From: Chrysomallon squamiferum
Lineage: Eukaryota > Animalia > Mollusca
Reading direction: 5' to 3'
Assembly: GCA_012295275.1 (NCBI GenBank)
Contig: CM022673.1
Span: 24,924,001 to 24,988,000 of the forward strand
Length of the DNA: 64,000 nucleotides
Shown: piece by piece, positions 1-15,500 of the stretch
Layout of the letters: each line of letters starts with the position of its first letter
Position numbering within the stretch: the first letter of the stretch is position 1
Program-made: the position numbers and the translations under genes
Notes under the pieces: model-generated
The model's database searches: none
The model's input: the letters and a program-made list of their open reading frames with translations, nothing else
What the model was told of the DNA's origin: nothing

Positions 1-3000
1 GCTCATTATGTCTGTGTTTGTGAAAACTTCACAGCTGCTTGTGGTTTGTCCTGCTTTCTTTACTGGCCAACACCAGACACAATTAAAAACAACTGAAAAG
101 TAAACAATTTCTACACCTTTGGTGAATAATGTGTGAATTCACTTTTCTCTCAATTCAGTCCAGTTGTGTTTAGTGTGTTCAGCTATTTTGGTTGATATTC
201 TGTTTTTAGTTGTTGTTGTTGTTTTATAAATATATATATATATATATTTTTTTAAATTGTTTTTTTCATACAAAATGAATCATAGCACAGTGAACATATT
301 TAACTTGTCACTAAGCCAGGTTGACACACACCCAACATACAGGTTTGTGAAAGTCACATGTTGTACAGGCTGGCTGCGTCTTATTCTGAGTTCTTACAGT
401 AGATGTTAGTCTACAGAAACCACAACAGGTGGTTTCACATGCTGGAAAGACAGTCTGTTGTACTGTCAACAGTGGCATTGTGTCTGTCAAACAGATGTCA
501 GGAAGTTTGGCTTGTTCACAGAATCACACTAAGCATGTATCAGATGTCAGATAAATGTCTGTGACTGGATTACAGAGTACAATACTGGCAAATCCTACAA
601 AAAATTTGATCATTTGAGATGTAAAAGAGAATCCTGGTCTAGATTAAATGAAGGCACGAGCCTGGATTTTTAATAATGTGTATCATCTTCATTGGATTGC
701 TGTTCCATTGTGTAGATCATCTTTGAAGCTTTCATACAAAAATCATCTGGGAGGAATTGAAAAAACTACTAATGAATATTCATCGTATTGTTATTAACTG
801 TAACCAAACAATAGTTACTTAAGTGGAAATTAATTTATTCTGTATTAATACAATAAGAAGGGAAAGGAAATGTAAAAATAGTATTAATTTGCACTATTGA
901 TCTCAGACTGGGTTACTTAATGCTGTTAAACTGTTGGGGATATGATGACTCATTTCATCTGAATTACCCAAATTTTGATAACTTGTAATCATTCATCATA
1001 GCTGCTCATTTGATGAGATGAAGACAAATTAAGCCTTAGCAATATTCATTTTATTTCCACCATTTCGATTGAAACGAAGTGCAGTCAACTTTCACAGCTG
1101 ATTACTGACAATAAATTTTCACTCATCTCTGCAAACCGCATTGTAAAAGAATGTGGTGTATTAATTAAAATATGCAAATGAAACTGGACAACTGGAGCTG
1201 GACGTCAGATGGCAGGCAGGCAGGCAGGCACACATGATCCAGTGGTTGTGATTAGAGAGTGGACAGTGTGCCCACAGTGAAATGATGTCATTAAAACTGC
1301 CCCCAGCCTCGTTTTTCATCTGCTAATCAATATCTTCATATTTCTTCTTCTCCTACATCGGGTCGTGCTTAATTCTGTCATGTTGCATTTCAAAAGTTAA
1401 TTTTTTTTTCCCTCTACGTTTGTCAACATGATTGCCAGAGACTTCTTCACAGCACCTGAATTAACATGGACAAAGATTGTTGATGAAGAAAACATCATTT
1501 TTTTTTTTTGTGTGCTAATCTCCATGAAACACACTGAGAATGGACATCTTCAGAGACAAATTCAGTCCTGTCACAATTAGCCTGATGAAAAAAAAAAAAG
1601 AAGAGAAAATTACTCATGGTCTGTGATGTTTCAGGAAAGCCCTGACTCTATGAGGATGTGTGTAATTAAAGTTGTCACCAGAGGCTGGGATGAATGCCAT
1701 CATGTCAGTGTTGTTTTTATCTCACAGTTGTAGCTGGAATTCCAGTACGGAGGATATACACACACACATAGACCTGGGTTTCAGTTTGCACTGTTGTTTT
1801 TGATGTGATAATTACTGTTTTTATTCATTTCAACATGAACTTGCAGTCATACTAGTTTCGTGTGGATTTAACAGGCTTAATTTTGTTTTTAACATTCTTT
1901 GTCTGTTTTTGTGTTATTACAGATAACTGTTAGATTTTTCATTTTACTGGTACTTTGATATATGAAAGTCATTTAAGATGTTTAGATTGTTACTGTTAAT
2001 TTCAAAGAATTGGTAAATTTATGTTTGTTCATGATATAATATGCTGAATGTAAAAAATGAAATGATCAAATTGCGTGCCTAATTTAAAACCATTATTTGG
2101 AATATAACAGATTTTAAAGAAATAGCTATTAATTCTACTTTTTTATATAATTTGTCAGAATTTATGGGAGGATGAGCCTATAATCAAAATATAGGATCTG
2201 ATCTCTGACTTCGCCATTCATTTAATTGTAATTTTTAATCCATAAAAAGCATTCAAGTAAACTGTCCAGCTTTTCAACAAGTGGCTTTGATTGTAGTATA
2301 TAACACAGTATATTTGTCACATTTTGTATAACTACCCATAGCCGTCAAGTGCTTGCTGCAGAAGGTTAATGTGAAGCGATGTTAATTTTCTAGTTTTAGA
2401 AGAAAAAATCAAAGCTGAAGATGTTCAGTAACTGACCCTGCAGTAGGAAACGCTAAGAGTATTGATTGATGACTCAGTGTCCAAACTGAAAACAACAACT
2501 GATCATTAACTGTCGGGCAATTAACAGCTTGTTCATAAATATCATCAAACTGGATGATATCTTAATCACTGGCATCTGTTCAGAACATCGTTTCAGTCGG
2601 CGATGTTTCACTTTCAGGCAGACGTTCTCGGTGGAGTTGAGATTAGGGAAAACCCCGAAACAGTGTGCGAAATGATTTCTCGTAACTCGGGCTAATCTGT
2701 TGTCATGTAAACGGACAGACGCAGGCTGGACTGATGAAGACAAACATACTTATGCTGGCTCTCACTTTGTGTGTTAGTGTTAAGCTTTGGCTGTGGCCTC
2801 TCACCTGGAACCTGATGACCACACACACAGTGACCACTGAGTGACCAGTTACATCAGTCGGTGAAGACGAAACTATCAAAGTAAACTGATTTTATTAGTA
2901 CTTGTCATTCGGTATTTGTTTACCTGTCTGTGATGTAAATGTAAAAATATTCTTCTCGTTGTTGGAAAAATGGAAAATGTTTCCACAGATATATTAAAAA

Positions 3001-3429
3001 ATATATTCAGAAACAGTGATTGTTTGAGAAGATATTTCTTTTGGATGAAGTTGGAATTTGTTGATGTAGACCACAACTGAAATATCTTACCTTCTTTCTC
3101 CTGTGGATTTTTGTTTTACGAGTAAAAGTGAAAATACATAAACTAAATGGCCTTGAGTATGTACAAAAACAGACTGAATAATCCAATAACACAAGTTGCA
3201 AAATTCAAAGATGCTAATCAGGGTTTTTTTTTTCCCTCTGTTATTGAGTTGTTTTTTTTCACTGGGTGTTCTCAGTGACACTGCGTAACATTTGCGAAGT
3301 AGTTGTAGCTGCTGTTCGTGTGTGATTTCTGCTGGCTGACATCTGATTGTGGTTGTAGTTGGCTGGTGAAGACATGTCTCTGCTGAGATTATCACAGTGT
3401 TGTTGTTTGTCTGGAGACCTCACCGAGCT

Positions 3430-3993
3430 ATGAGAGCATCCCTCCTGGGATGTTTCGGAGTCTCCCAGATAAAACACAAGGGATGTAAGAGACTGGAGAG
3501 GAACCCGTCAAACTGCAGCGACGTTGCTGCTGCTGCTGCTGCTGCTGTGAGTGACAGCAAGAAACACAATGACAGGAAAAAGATTTCACAGGATGATTCC
3601 AGAAGACAGGATGATGACTATGAGAAGCAAGTTGGTTATTCCATTAAAAGACATCATCGGATGGGAGACTGCGACAGACCTCGCACTGACTGCGAAGCGT
3701 CTCGTAAAAGATCTCGAATAACCTACAGGAGGATTCCCTCAGAGGACAGTCTGGACTGTGGATTCGAACCCAGGAGATCCCACGTAGCCTACAGAAGCCT
3801 ACCGCCAGGGGGCAGGTCAAACTATGCCTACCAGCAGAACAGGCCTGTTTATGATTACAGAAGACTGGCCCCGGAACGCAGGCTGGTTCCTCACAGACAC
3901 CAGTACTCACCTCCCAAACCTGTGCGAGGCATTCTGAAAAAGACGCCGTTTAATGGTTACTATGGATACAGATACCAACCGTTGTACTTGGAG
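3430..3993 (+). CDS. AIP3-family gene, putative first coding exon (188 aa, MRASLLGCFG...YQPLYLE)
   Basis: ATG at 3430 in a long GC-richer ORF; donor GAG|gtaact at 3993 in phase 0, matching the phase-0 acceptor at 6308. No homology recognised, so it may be one of several alternative first exons. Confidence 0.7.
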
Positions 3994-5201
3994 GTAACTT
4001 GGGTTTTCTATCCTTAGGTTGCGAATTTAATGTCGTATTCTTAGTTCCCAGTAATTTTATTTTAATTTGCAGGTTCATTTTAAAAATGGAATATAAACTA
4101 AGACAAGACAAATGAGGTTTTTTTTTCTACTAAAATTCAGGGGTTTTTTATGTGGAATTTAATGGCAGTTAATGCAGATGTTCCATATTAGATTTATGAA
4201 TATCTTCAATATATGTCTAAAACACCAGTTATAAAACAATATGCAAGTCACTTTGAGATGATGGAAAGCTCAAATGCATCATGTCAAAATATATTTTTTT
4301 TTTATTGTTTTATTTTAACAATAATTTTCAATCAAAAAAAAAAAGATTAAAATTTGTTTAAATATTGTCTTTTTTAAACTGTTGTCAAAGTATTTTTTCC
4401 TGTGTACTTTTTCTCTTTACTCACAAAAAAAATAACGAATTTCATTTTTCTTTTTTTTAATTTTCTGTTTGTGGATCCAAAAAATAAATTAGCTTTTTTC
4501 AAAACTGTTAACAAATTTGAATAACTTTTTTCTTTCTTCTTCTTCAGTTTATGCTTTTTTTTTTTCTTCTGTTGGAACAAATTATTATTTTTTATGTTTA
4601 CATTTCCTTTCAGTTTAAACACCAAATACAAGCAATAATTAAAAAAAAATAAAAATAACAAAGGAATCCCCAAAAACAAAACAAAAACAAACAAAACAAC
4701 AAATTTCTTTTGTTTTGTAAAGAAACTGTGTCAGCCAAAATTTGAAGACATCAGTGTTGTCTGACATTAATAATGGCTATTGTTACCTTACACTTTCCTG
4801 ACAGCTCTGTTCCCATTGCACTCGAATGTTTTCAGTTTTGAGAGAATGTAGGGGGGGGAAACAGGTAAACAATAGGCAAACTGGAGTTGGAGACAATGGC
4901 CAAACACCAAGTGCATGTTATCCCAACACACCAAGTTTGCACGTACTTAACCCTAACACAACATTTCTGTAACACACGGGAAGAAACACAGCTTGTGGGG
5001 GTCTGCAGTGAAAATTGTGATGTTGTCTCATATCTTATGATGATGATGTTATTATTGTTGTTGTTATTGTTATTTATAATAATGGAATATGATGATGATG
5101 ATGATGTTTAAAAAGAATGATAGCATTGTTATAATGTTTATAAAATATTATTGCTTTTACTTCTGCTCCTGCCACTACTACTACTACTACTACTACTGCT
5201 G

Positions 5202-5241
<40 letters not shown>

Positions 5242-8200
5242 TACTACTACTCATACTACTACTACTCATACTACTACTACTACCATTAACACCCTCACCT
5301 CTACTGATAACTTAATAACAAATACTAATTAAAACAACCACGAAATAGTTTTATTATTTAATGGTTGTTTTAAATTATCTTCTAACTACAGACTTCTAAT
5401 TCAAACAGTTTATATATTTTTTTAATTCTTTGCATTTGTTATAGGGCCTGTTTTTTTTTTTTGAAGTTATTTAAAATATTTATTTAAGACTTGCTGCATT
5501 GTAATATGAACCTGTTTTTATGCTGCTATGCAAAGCAAACATAAATATGCAAAATGCTAAATAAATTAACATCTTTTTTTTTTTTTCTTCTTTAACATTT
5601 TCTTACAAAATGAGTTTCTTTGTGTCTGTTTTTCTGAGATTTGAGACTCTGAAATGTTTGAAATGAATAATAATGTGTTTTAAAAACGATTCACTTACAT
5701 GAATAATTAATCCCTCTTTTACAGCTTTTCTTGCTTTCAATGACCAAACTTGGCATGTTTGTGTATGCATTAACTTTCTCTTACCTTCCAAAATATAACC
5801 CATCTTGATACAGATTTGATCTTACCTGAACAAATATCATCCAACTTCACTAATTAAATCTGTTTCTTTTCATGGCTCACAAACTAATCTTTTAAAAATA
5901 ATCTCTTTACATATTTATTTTAACATTTCTCTCAGTGAATTTTAAACCTTGAAGCTTGAATTGCTTGTATTCACCTTTCATTAAAATTTGTTACCTGTAC
6001 AATTTTCTGAGCAATTCTTATTGACATTTGACCTCAAAATTGTAACCTTGACCTCAAAACTCAAATGACCAGAACTAAATTCTCCTTGCATCGACTATTG
6101 GTAATCTGTACATTTTTTTCTCTGTGACTTATAATAAATTTCTCACTTGACCATTTTATTTTTTCGGAACATTTAACCTTAACCTTGACCTTGACCTTAC
6201 TGTCGAAACCTTGACCTTTTTTAAAACTCTGACTGTTGCTCGATCCTGGCCTCTACTAACCTGGTGTTCAGTTGCGTGGCTGACTCTTGGTTTGTGGTGT
6301 TTTCCAGGAAAAGGAAAGGAAACGTGAAGTCTTCATGGAGCTGCTGGCTCACAGGTACCCTGAGTATGCAGACAAAATCAGTGGTCACTACAGTGACAGT
6401 GGATACCGGCCCAAGGTCAGTGTGTCATCATCATCATGTCATCCATCATTTCATTCACATTCATTCACATTTAAAAAAAAAAATGAAAATACTGTTCACG
6501 TTTGATTAAAGATTTTAAAAATCGTTATGTTGAAAACAAGCATGTTTGTGACCTTGTTTTGGTGAGTTATTTATCAAGAATCAAAGCAGTCATGGAGATG
6601 TACTGACTTGTTTTGTTGTCATGGGCCACAAGTTAGAGGATAGTGTACTAATAGCATAATAGTGCTTGCATTTATGCTGATACCAAGTTAAACAACATAC
6701 ATTAATTATAGACAATATATGTAAGGAAAGAAACATTTGGATCAGCAATGTTTTTGTAAACACCAGTTTTATGTTGTTATTCATATACAAATGTCTTTAT
6801 TTTACAACTTTTTTTTATTTTGTTTTGTTCTGTTAATTCGCTCCTAATAGTATTTTTGAGAGTAAACAATAGTTAAAACTGGTTAACAAGTTAGTACACG
6901 ATGCACTGACCACAAATACACTGTAGTTGTTATTGTTAACAGGTTTTAACAGCTGGAGACCGATACACGACCATAACACTCTGAATTTCTTGTTCAAGCA
7001 CCACTTCGTTTAACATGTGATCTGTTTATTTATTCATATAAACTGCTCTCTCGCTAGCCATTCAAGACACATTAACCCCAGATAACCTCTGCCTGCGAAA
7101 AGTCAGTTCGTTTGACAATAGAAGTTAAAATATAAATCTCCATTTTTCAATTGTGTGCAGAAAGAATGATCTTTCAGGCAGCACCTGCAGTGTTAACTTG
7201 ATGACATGGGACACGAGAATGCAAGTGTGTCGAACACTGGAGTACATTAAAACTGCTCTGTAAGATGAGTAGTTCATAAAAGACGAGAAGTTTTTTTTTT
7301 TTTATCATTTTTTTTTTTTTTCTTATTAGAATATGACTCATTCAAGGTTATAAAATGATGACTCAAAAATGATCTATGTCCTCTGAAAGCTTCACGGATA
7401 CTGTGACTAGGTGGGGGACTGGGGCAGGTTTTTGTGTGTCACTGTTTGTTATCTTTGCTTGGTGAATGTTAATAAATGTCATAGTTTTTTCTTAGACTTG
7501 AATAAAACGATTAGAATTTCTTTAATACAGAGGTAAAAAAAAAAAGAAATTAAAAATCAGGTGCAAAAAGAAGTTGACAAGACTTATTTTGTTTATGTTT
7601 TAATACTTTGTCATTTCTTGACTGAATGTGAAGATCTGTATAATGACTGAATGGATAATTTGTCATTTCTGAGTTCACATCTTAAAAATGTTGTTTTTTT
7701 GGGGTTGTTTTTTAAGGAAAATACAGAAATTTTTTATTATTTGTGGGTTAACTGACCTGTATAATAACTGCCTACCTTGTGTATTATTTGTCCTGTTTAC
7801 AAAAATATGATTATTTTCACATGTGGTGAAAGAGTACGGGATGAAAAGCAATGTTAATTAATACAATTATAGATACTTCAAAAATAGACCATACTTTGTG
7901 ATGTCTAGTGCAGTTATAACTAAAAATACATAGCCAAGTCTGATTGTTTTCTTTGTTTTTTTTAGTCTTAAATTATTCTTGTACCAAATGTTTTGGAGCA
8001 CAGCAATTTTGATTGAATATTTTATTGTTTTGAACTACGGATGTTATTTTTGAATTTAATACTTTATGATTTTAAAGACTTTTTTTTATATGTAAAAACT
8101 GCAGAGAACTGTAAAGGCAAGCAATTAATCGATATCTATTCAGAATAACTGATAAAAAAAATCTTTGTGACTAATATAAGTAGAGATAAATTAAAAATAA

Positions 8201-11200
8201 TTGCTGTGTATACAATATATCATAATAATGAAGAAAAGAAGGAACTTTTAGAATAACTAAATGTTTTGTGTTTAATGTCCTATCATAAAACACGGGAAGA
8301 CAAATTCTAAATTAACCATGCACTTGATACATTTCAGTCTACAGTTCTTATCACATGCTTCAGATCCACACCATGAATATAAAAAATCAACCTGCCATTA
8401 AACCAAGGGCTGTTCTTTTTTGATTAACAACGAGATTTTTTTTAGATTTTTTTTCCTTCCCATAGGCAGGAAAATGAATGACTTTGTCTGGAGCAGAAGA
8501 GATAGATTACGCAATAGACAAAAGTTCAAAACAGCACTTGCATAAAACCGTGTAATCACTTGTATGTACAAGAATCGAGAAAAGTGACAATTACAGTTTA
8601 CATAATGGTCTGTAACGGAAAGGAATGAGAAGTGACACATGTTGTGTTGTTTGTGACAGTGTCACATGGGCAGCATGTGTCACAATTCTAACGACCTGCT
8701 ATCCTTCACACTTCATTACCTTAAATCTGCCTCCAGCTCTGATTATCTCCCATAGATTGAACTCTCCTCCAGCGCTGTATTGGTCATTAGTTGATGGGTT
8801 ATCAGGGTAATTGTTGTCTTTACTGACTTTATAGTCTGGTATTAGCAATGTGGCAGTTTTATCTTCGTTTCAGAACTCGCCGATGTTGTGAGATTTCAAA
8901 AGATGTTTCTTTTTTCTTTCCTCTTGGTTTTTGTTCAGATAAACTGTGGAATTTTATTTGATACCAATTTATACTTGTCTAAAAAAAAAGTTAATATTAA
9001 AATAATGAAATTAATAATCTAAGAAAATTTTAATTTAATAAGAAAGAAGAAAAAAGAAAAATGATGATGTTCATGATGATAAAGTTTTACATGGTCAACA
9101 AATCTCACCTGACTTTATTTTAATTAACAAAATTATATAATTAGTTATAACTCATGTTTTTTTTTTTTTCATTAGCTGATACGTTTTAAAATTAAAATAA
9201 TTATTTGTCAAAAAAATAACCAACATAGTTTGGACATAAAAGACAGATGGCTACTAATATGTAATTGACTGGATTTTTTTCGAGAAATATCTATTAAAAT
9301 TTGTAAACAAAATTTTTGTTTTTAAAAAATTGTAAGAAGCAAAATTAATAAGCTCTTGATGTAGTGCGATCCCACTTCATTGATAAAATTGCTAATTACA
9401 GCTTCAATGGGAAAATGAGTTGCTGAGGTACAAAGCAATCAAGATTATTGACAAGCTATTTATAATTCCATTGTTGTGAGTTTTCTATCACACGGGTGTC
9501 ATATCAATGTTATTTACGGTGCCATGTGTTGTATTTCACTGCAGCTTTGTTATTAACTGTGCAGCTATTTTCAGTATACTCTTCCCTTTCAGCTTATTAA
9601 TACAATTTCATTTTGTTAAAAAAAAAAATGAATTCTGTTACAGAAGTCGTTTTGTCGTCCTTGTAACGTGATAAATGAATTTATTTAGTGCTTTTGATTG
9701 TTGTAATAGAAATGAATATTAAATGTGAGAATTATGATGATGATGAGGAGGAGGTGGTGGTGGAGGGGAGGGGATGGGGAGGTAGTGGGGGGAATGAATT
9801 AGTGGGGAATGAGTAAGTTCAAATTTGCTGAATGATGGTGATCATCAGAACTGAAATAATTGTAAAACCAATAGTAACATGTGACATCAATTCTTCTGAA
9901 AAAATAGTAACCACAGTAAAATGATAACAAGTCACATTTGAAGTGGTCAAGTACATGGAAAGAGTAACAGAAATGTCATCTGCATGATGCTTTGGTTTAA
10001 AAAAAATAACTGATCTATCAAAATAGGCTTAGATGATTGCCTAGAGTGGTTTAAGTTTAAAAATAACAAATTTAAAATTACTAAAATAACTATAGCCCAT
10101 TGGAGAGTTGTTTCAAACCAGTTAAATTCAGAGATCCAAGATGTGGTCTAAATATGTTCTGTAGAATAATCCACTTGAAACATTTAAAAAAAAAATACAT
10201 AAATATCACTAGGATGAAAAACAACATATTGCTTTCAGGAATGATCAACCTCTGTAGAAAAACAAGTAATGCTTTAATCTTGCTACTATTTATTAAACAC
10301 TGTAAACAGCTTTTTCCCCAGATAACTGTTTTCTAATTGTTAGGACAGAAATCTGCTCAAAATCTGATCCTAACAAGCTGCTTTGTTAGTTTGCATTTGT
10401 CATCTGACATTCACACAGAAATAACGTGTAGGCAGGATAGAGCTGAATGGATATTTGTATATCAGTAACTTTTCATTACTTTTAATTATCAGCAATTTCT
10501 AGGTGTCAGGCATGTGTAATGTAATGATAACAGAGAAGAAATAACATATTGCTATTGCAGTCACTATTTTTAGGAATATTTAACGATCACTCTGTCCAGT
10601 TAATGCTCTAAGACTGAGTATTGATTCTGTTGTGTCTTACACCTATACTGTAATCATAGAATGACAAACTGTTTCATTGTCTTACAGCAGAGCTTTGATG
10701 GTAGGTTTGTTGTGATAGGTTTTTGTATAGGTTTATTGTCGTGTACAGTTCTGTGTGTGAGACATTTAACAAAACATAACAACAACAAAATACGACTCAT
10801 TTATTTTCAGTTTAATTATCAAGATCAACATTATTTATTTACTTACGTACTTATATACTTATTTCTTATTTATTTATTTGTTAATAATAATATTCAAACT
10901 GGAAGAACATAACAATATATATATATATTTTTTTTCTTGTATAAAAAAAAGAAAGAAAAAAAAAGGTGTTAAAGATAAAAGACTTGGCCAGCGACAAAAG
11001 AACAGTTGTTAGTTAATCTGGACACCAAATCAGCAGAAATCAGGTTTTAACCGACCCCCATAAATCTCATTAATTCAGTCCATTGGGTCTGAATTCAGAC
11101 CCTCTCAGACTGGAACATTTCTGTTTGGGTTGAAAGGTTATGTAATCAGTTGTTTCCCTGTCATCTCTGAAGTATATACAAACATCTGACAACCTTTCAC

Positions 11201-12050
11201 CCCCGCCACTGGAAGGGTCCAAGTTGCAGTCTGATCACTGTCGGGCAGGTGGGTAAACTTTGAACAGTTTAATTTTTGCTTTTCTGTGGTTTTTAATTTT
11301 AATTGATACGGATTCTGCCTCTGGCTTTCCTGTAGTCACCGGACCAGCACTGAGCAGTGGACATGTGCTGTGCTGCCTGAGTTAGTGCTGAGCTCACACA
11401 CTCTCTCTTCATGCTCACCAGATCATGGAGTGGAAGGTGACAGAAGTTTTCGAGGATATCGTTTTAGTACCCTGAAGATATCATTTTTTTTTTTTTTTTA
11501 TATTTCTTTGAGGATATAATTTTTGAGTTCTGTGAGGATGGAGGAGTTCTGATTCTTTGAGGATATCATTTTGATTTGATCTCATTGTCTTCCTCCTGAA
11601 TGGTATTGTTTTCTTTACTGAATTTTTGTTTGATTTCTTCAGTGAAAAGGTTACAGTTTCATGACTGACTCATTAAATCATAAGAGCTGAGGCTTTTCGC
11701 TAATTTTCTTATTACTGCTCAGTGATTATTATAATGTATTTTCTTAATTATTTAACATTTAATTAAATTAGAATATATAATTTAACCATAATTATTTTGC
11801 TGTCAGTTTTAAAAATGGATGTCAGTAAAATTAGTTTATAGAGTTCGGAGCAGGTAAATTAGTTGTCAAAATGGTGGCTTTTGTAAGCAGATCTCACTTT
11901 AGTTTTTATGTGGAGAAATAAAGCAGGTTTCTGCTTGTATAAAGAGCCTTGTTTATGTCATACTGTGTTACTGCTTCCATAAGGAAACCTAAATGATTTA
12001 TTATTTTAATAATAATAATAAAAATAATAATAAAAATAATAATAATAATA

Positions 12051-12092
<42 letters not shown>

Positions 12093-12160
12093 TAATAATA
12101 ATAATAATAAAATTAATAAAAATAGGAATAATAATAATAATAATTATAATAATAATAAAA

Positions 12161-12207
<47 letters not shown>

Positions 12208-12552
12208 TACAATAATAACAACAATAATAATAAAATAATAATAACAAAATAAATTGAAAGGATTTAGCAACAATAATAATACAAATAAATTGACAAAGCT
12301 AAATAAAAGAATTTTTTATTATTTTTCTTGATTTTTTTTTTTTTTTGTTAACTTCTGTTTATTTTTCATTTAGGCCTTTTCCACTCTCGTTTATTTTATG
12401 TTAGTCTTGCATGCAATCAGATATTTTTGTCCAAAAATTAGTTGGGGTTGTTTTTCTTCTTTTTAAAAAAAACAAAACATTTTATTCATTTATCATACAT
12501 AAAATAAATCAATTAATACACTGTAGTTTCTCTGAATTAATGTAACTGGAAA

Positions 12553-12584
<32 letters not shown>

Positions 12585-15500
12585 CTTATTAATTTCCATC
12601 ACATTATTATTTATAATGGGAGATTTTCATGACACTTGTTTACCAAATAGTTTGAGGGTTTTTTATTTTTTTTTTATCAGCATTAGAACTATGTCAGAAC
12701 ATTTCCCTGCTCATTGATTTTGCTGTTTGCTGGTTCTGTTGACGAAGGTGCTCAAACAACAAGGCAGTGTTCACTTTGTGTTTTCTGATGAGCAGGTATT
12801 TTCTCAAAATTACCTCCAGGATCTGTGTGGACTCAGTGAAATGTTTCTTCTGTTTCTTCTTTCTTGTTTCACATTCAAGTTTACTCACAAGTCCAGTTTG
12901 TATCTGGGGTACATTAATTAGTGTCATGTTTTACATTCAGACTGTGACTGTTGTATTAAACAAACTGTGTGACATGCTGAAGCTCAAACTTTTACTGTTT
13001 TTCTAAAGCATTTCTGATTTGGTCTGTTGATATAAATAGTAATTTTCAATCAGTTTATTTTATTTTTTTTTTTTACATATATACAAACATATATGTACAC
13101 AAAGAGTAACACTTGAACACACACACACACACACACACACATACATTAAAAAAAAAGAAGAATAAAACCCGCAAATGCACAAATAGGTTGTCAGGACACA
13201 GTTTTTGCAGAAATAATAAAAATTCATAATTTACTTTCTGATTAGAAATGATTGAGAAGCCATTTTTTTTTTTTTTTTTTTGACTGAAGATAAATCATGC
13301 AGCAGGCTGCGTCTGTCTGTATTTCTGTGTAGCTGTCACATTTAAATTGCTCTGTGTACTTTGATGACTAAACCTGTTTGCATGAAGCCGTTGTTTTTAC
13401 ATGTTTGTTCTCCAATTTTTTTTAAAAATTTGGATTTAAAGGATAAGGGTTTTTTTTGTGAGCTGCAGTCATTTCCTTTTGGCTTACTGAGTGTGGTGAT
13501 GGGGGGAGGCATTGTCTTTATTTTTCAGAATATTGAAAATGACTTTGATAATGTAAGATACCTGTGGTTTGACAGGATGAGGTGGTAATTAAATAATAAT
13601 ATTTATAATATGAATCATTTTTTTTTTTTTTTAAGTTTTGGGAAATGTTTCTCTTTTCTTCAGCAATTTATTTTTTATTTTTAATTATATTTATTTATAG
13701 AAAGATTTCCGGTATTCATTTTATAATTTAGGTTTTTTTATAAACTGTCACTACTGTGTGAGTCATTGTGTGTATGTACACACACACATACATACTAGTA
13801 ATAAGTCTGTAAAAACATAAATAAAAAAATGTCTATATTTAAGAGAAAAGTAACATTCTTGCATAATAATCTATTACTTTAAAAGAAATGCATCTAAAAT
13901 AGTAAGAATGTAAATATTAATTATTTAAATATAGACCTATTTATATATAAAAAAGTATACACACACACACACAATTTGTATTAATTGTATTGTTGTTGTA
14001 TTTTCAAGTAAGACTGATAGCAAAGTAATTAAGACTATTCACGTTGTCAGATAAAATATAAAACCTTAAAACCTTTAATACTGAACAAATAAAACAGGTA
14101 GTTTATCATCATCTGCATGAGAGTTGGATAGCCCATATATTCAGTGAAAGACAAGTTAAATAAATCAGTTTAAATACAGAACAAAAACCATGAGTAATTT
14201 ATCAAAATCCATTCCAGTCTCAGATTATATTATCTGAAAGAGAATATTTAAAAGTAACTTCTAATAAATATAATTATAATCAATTAATGTTTGTGTGTGT
14301 TTGTGTGTGTATGAATGTGTGTAATTTTTGAGTTCGAGACTGTATTCATTTAAAAAAAATAATTATATAAATGAAGGGGTTTTTAAATGTAAATGAAAAA
14401 TAAATAATTATCAGTAAATATCTAGTTAATGTTTGGTAAATAGTGAGATAAACAGAGCTCACTTTACATGTAGAGAGCTCACACAAGGGAGACAATGGGG
14501 CTGTAACTGTACAAGATAGATTCAGCTGAATAGACTGGTGTCATCGAGTGATTTACACAAGACTGATAAGTTATGGACTGATAATGACCTGTTGCTGACC
14601 TAACCAGTGACCTGTAACCAGTCTGAAGAAAAAAGAAAGCCTCTCCTCCCTGAGGTTATTTTGGTGCAGAAAACTGACAGGGATTTTACACATTTTTAAC
14701 CTGTCTGAAGATTTTTTTATTTGTTTATTTCTCACAGCTGTCACTCAAGGCTATAGTAGTTGTTTTTTTTTGGATTTTCAAACTTCCATAATTTTATATA
14801 ATTAGTTTTTCATTATTTAGACATTTGTACGTTTTATACATTCAGATATTACAGACAGACATGGTCATTACATTGACATTCAGTTTTTATTTTTTATATT
14901 TTTTATACATAATTTTTTTAAATAATTAAAACAACTTTGGATTTGACCAGATAGAAAGAAAAGTTTGTTTCAGTCTCCTTCCTTCAACTGTTTGGGTCTT
15001 ACAGATCATATTTGCACACAAAACATTTCTCACTGTTTGGAAATAACCTTTTCTAATATTAAATCATATTCTTTTCATGGCATGTCAGATTTCTGTTTGT
15101 CTTTCCTCTGCAGTAGAAAAAGAAAGAAATAACAAAATGGCAGGTAAAACAAAAACCAATATTTGCTGTTGATGTTGTTATGAGATACAAATATTGAAAT
15201 GTCTCTTGATTCAAACCCTCCATTTCAAACTTGAGCTGTCACCTTTTCAAACTGCATTTGTTCAGATGGAACTACCAGTACTTGAAACTTTTAAACAGTG
15301 CCACCCATGTGTGATGTGAATGCTATGTGACCCTCTGTTTTTATATATATATATAAACTCATGTATGTACCAGACAGATGACAGTTACATGACGTAGTCC
15401 CCAGTCAGGAAGTATTTAAGGATGGGTAGAAGATAACATAAGTCAGAACGGTAATTAAAGTTAAAAAAATGTAGCAGCTAGATTTATTTTTGATTTATTA

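Noticed and set aside
1165-1290. Octamer ATGCAAAT and CRE-like GACGTCA as an enhancer
   Set aside because: Short motifs are expected by chance and there is no independent support
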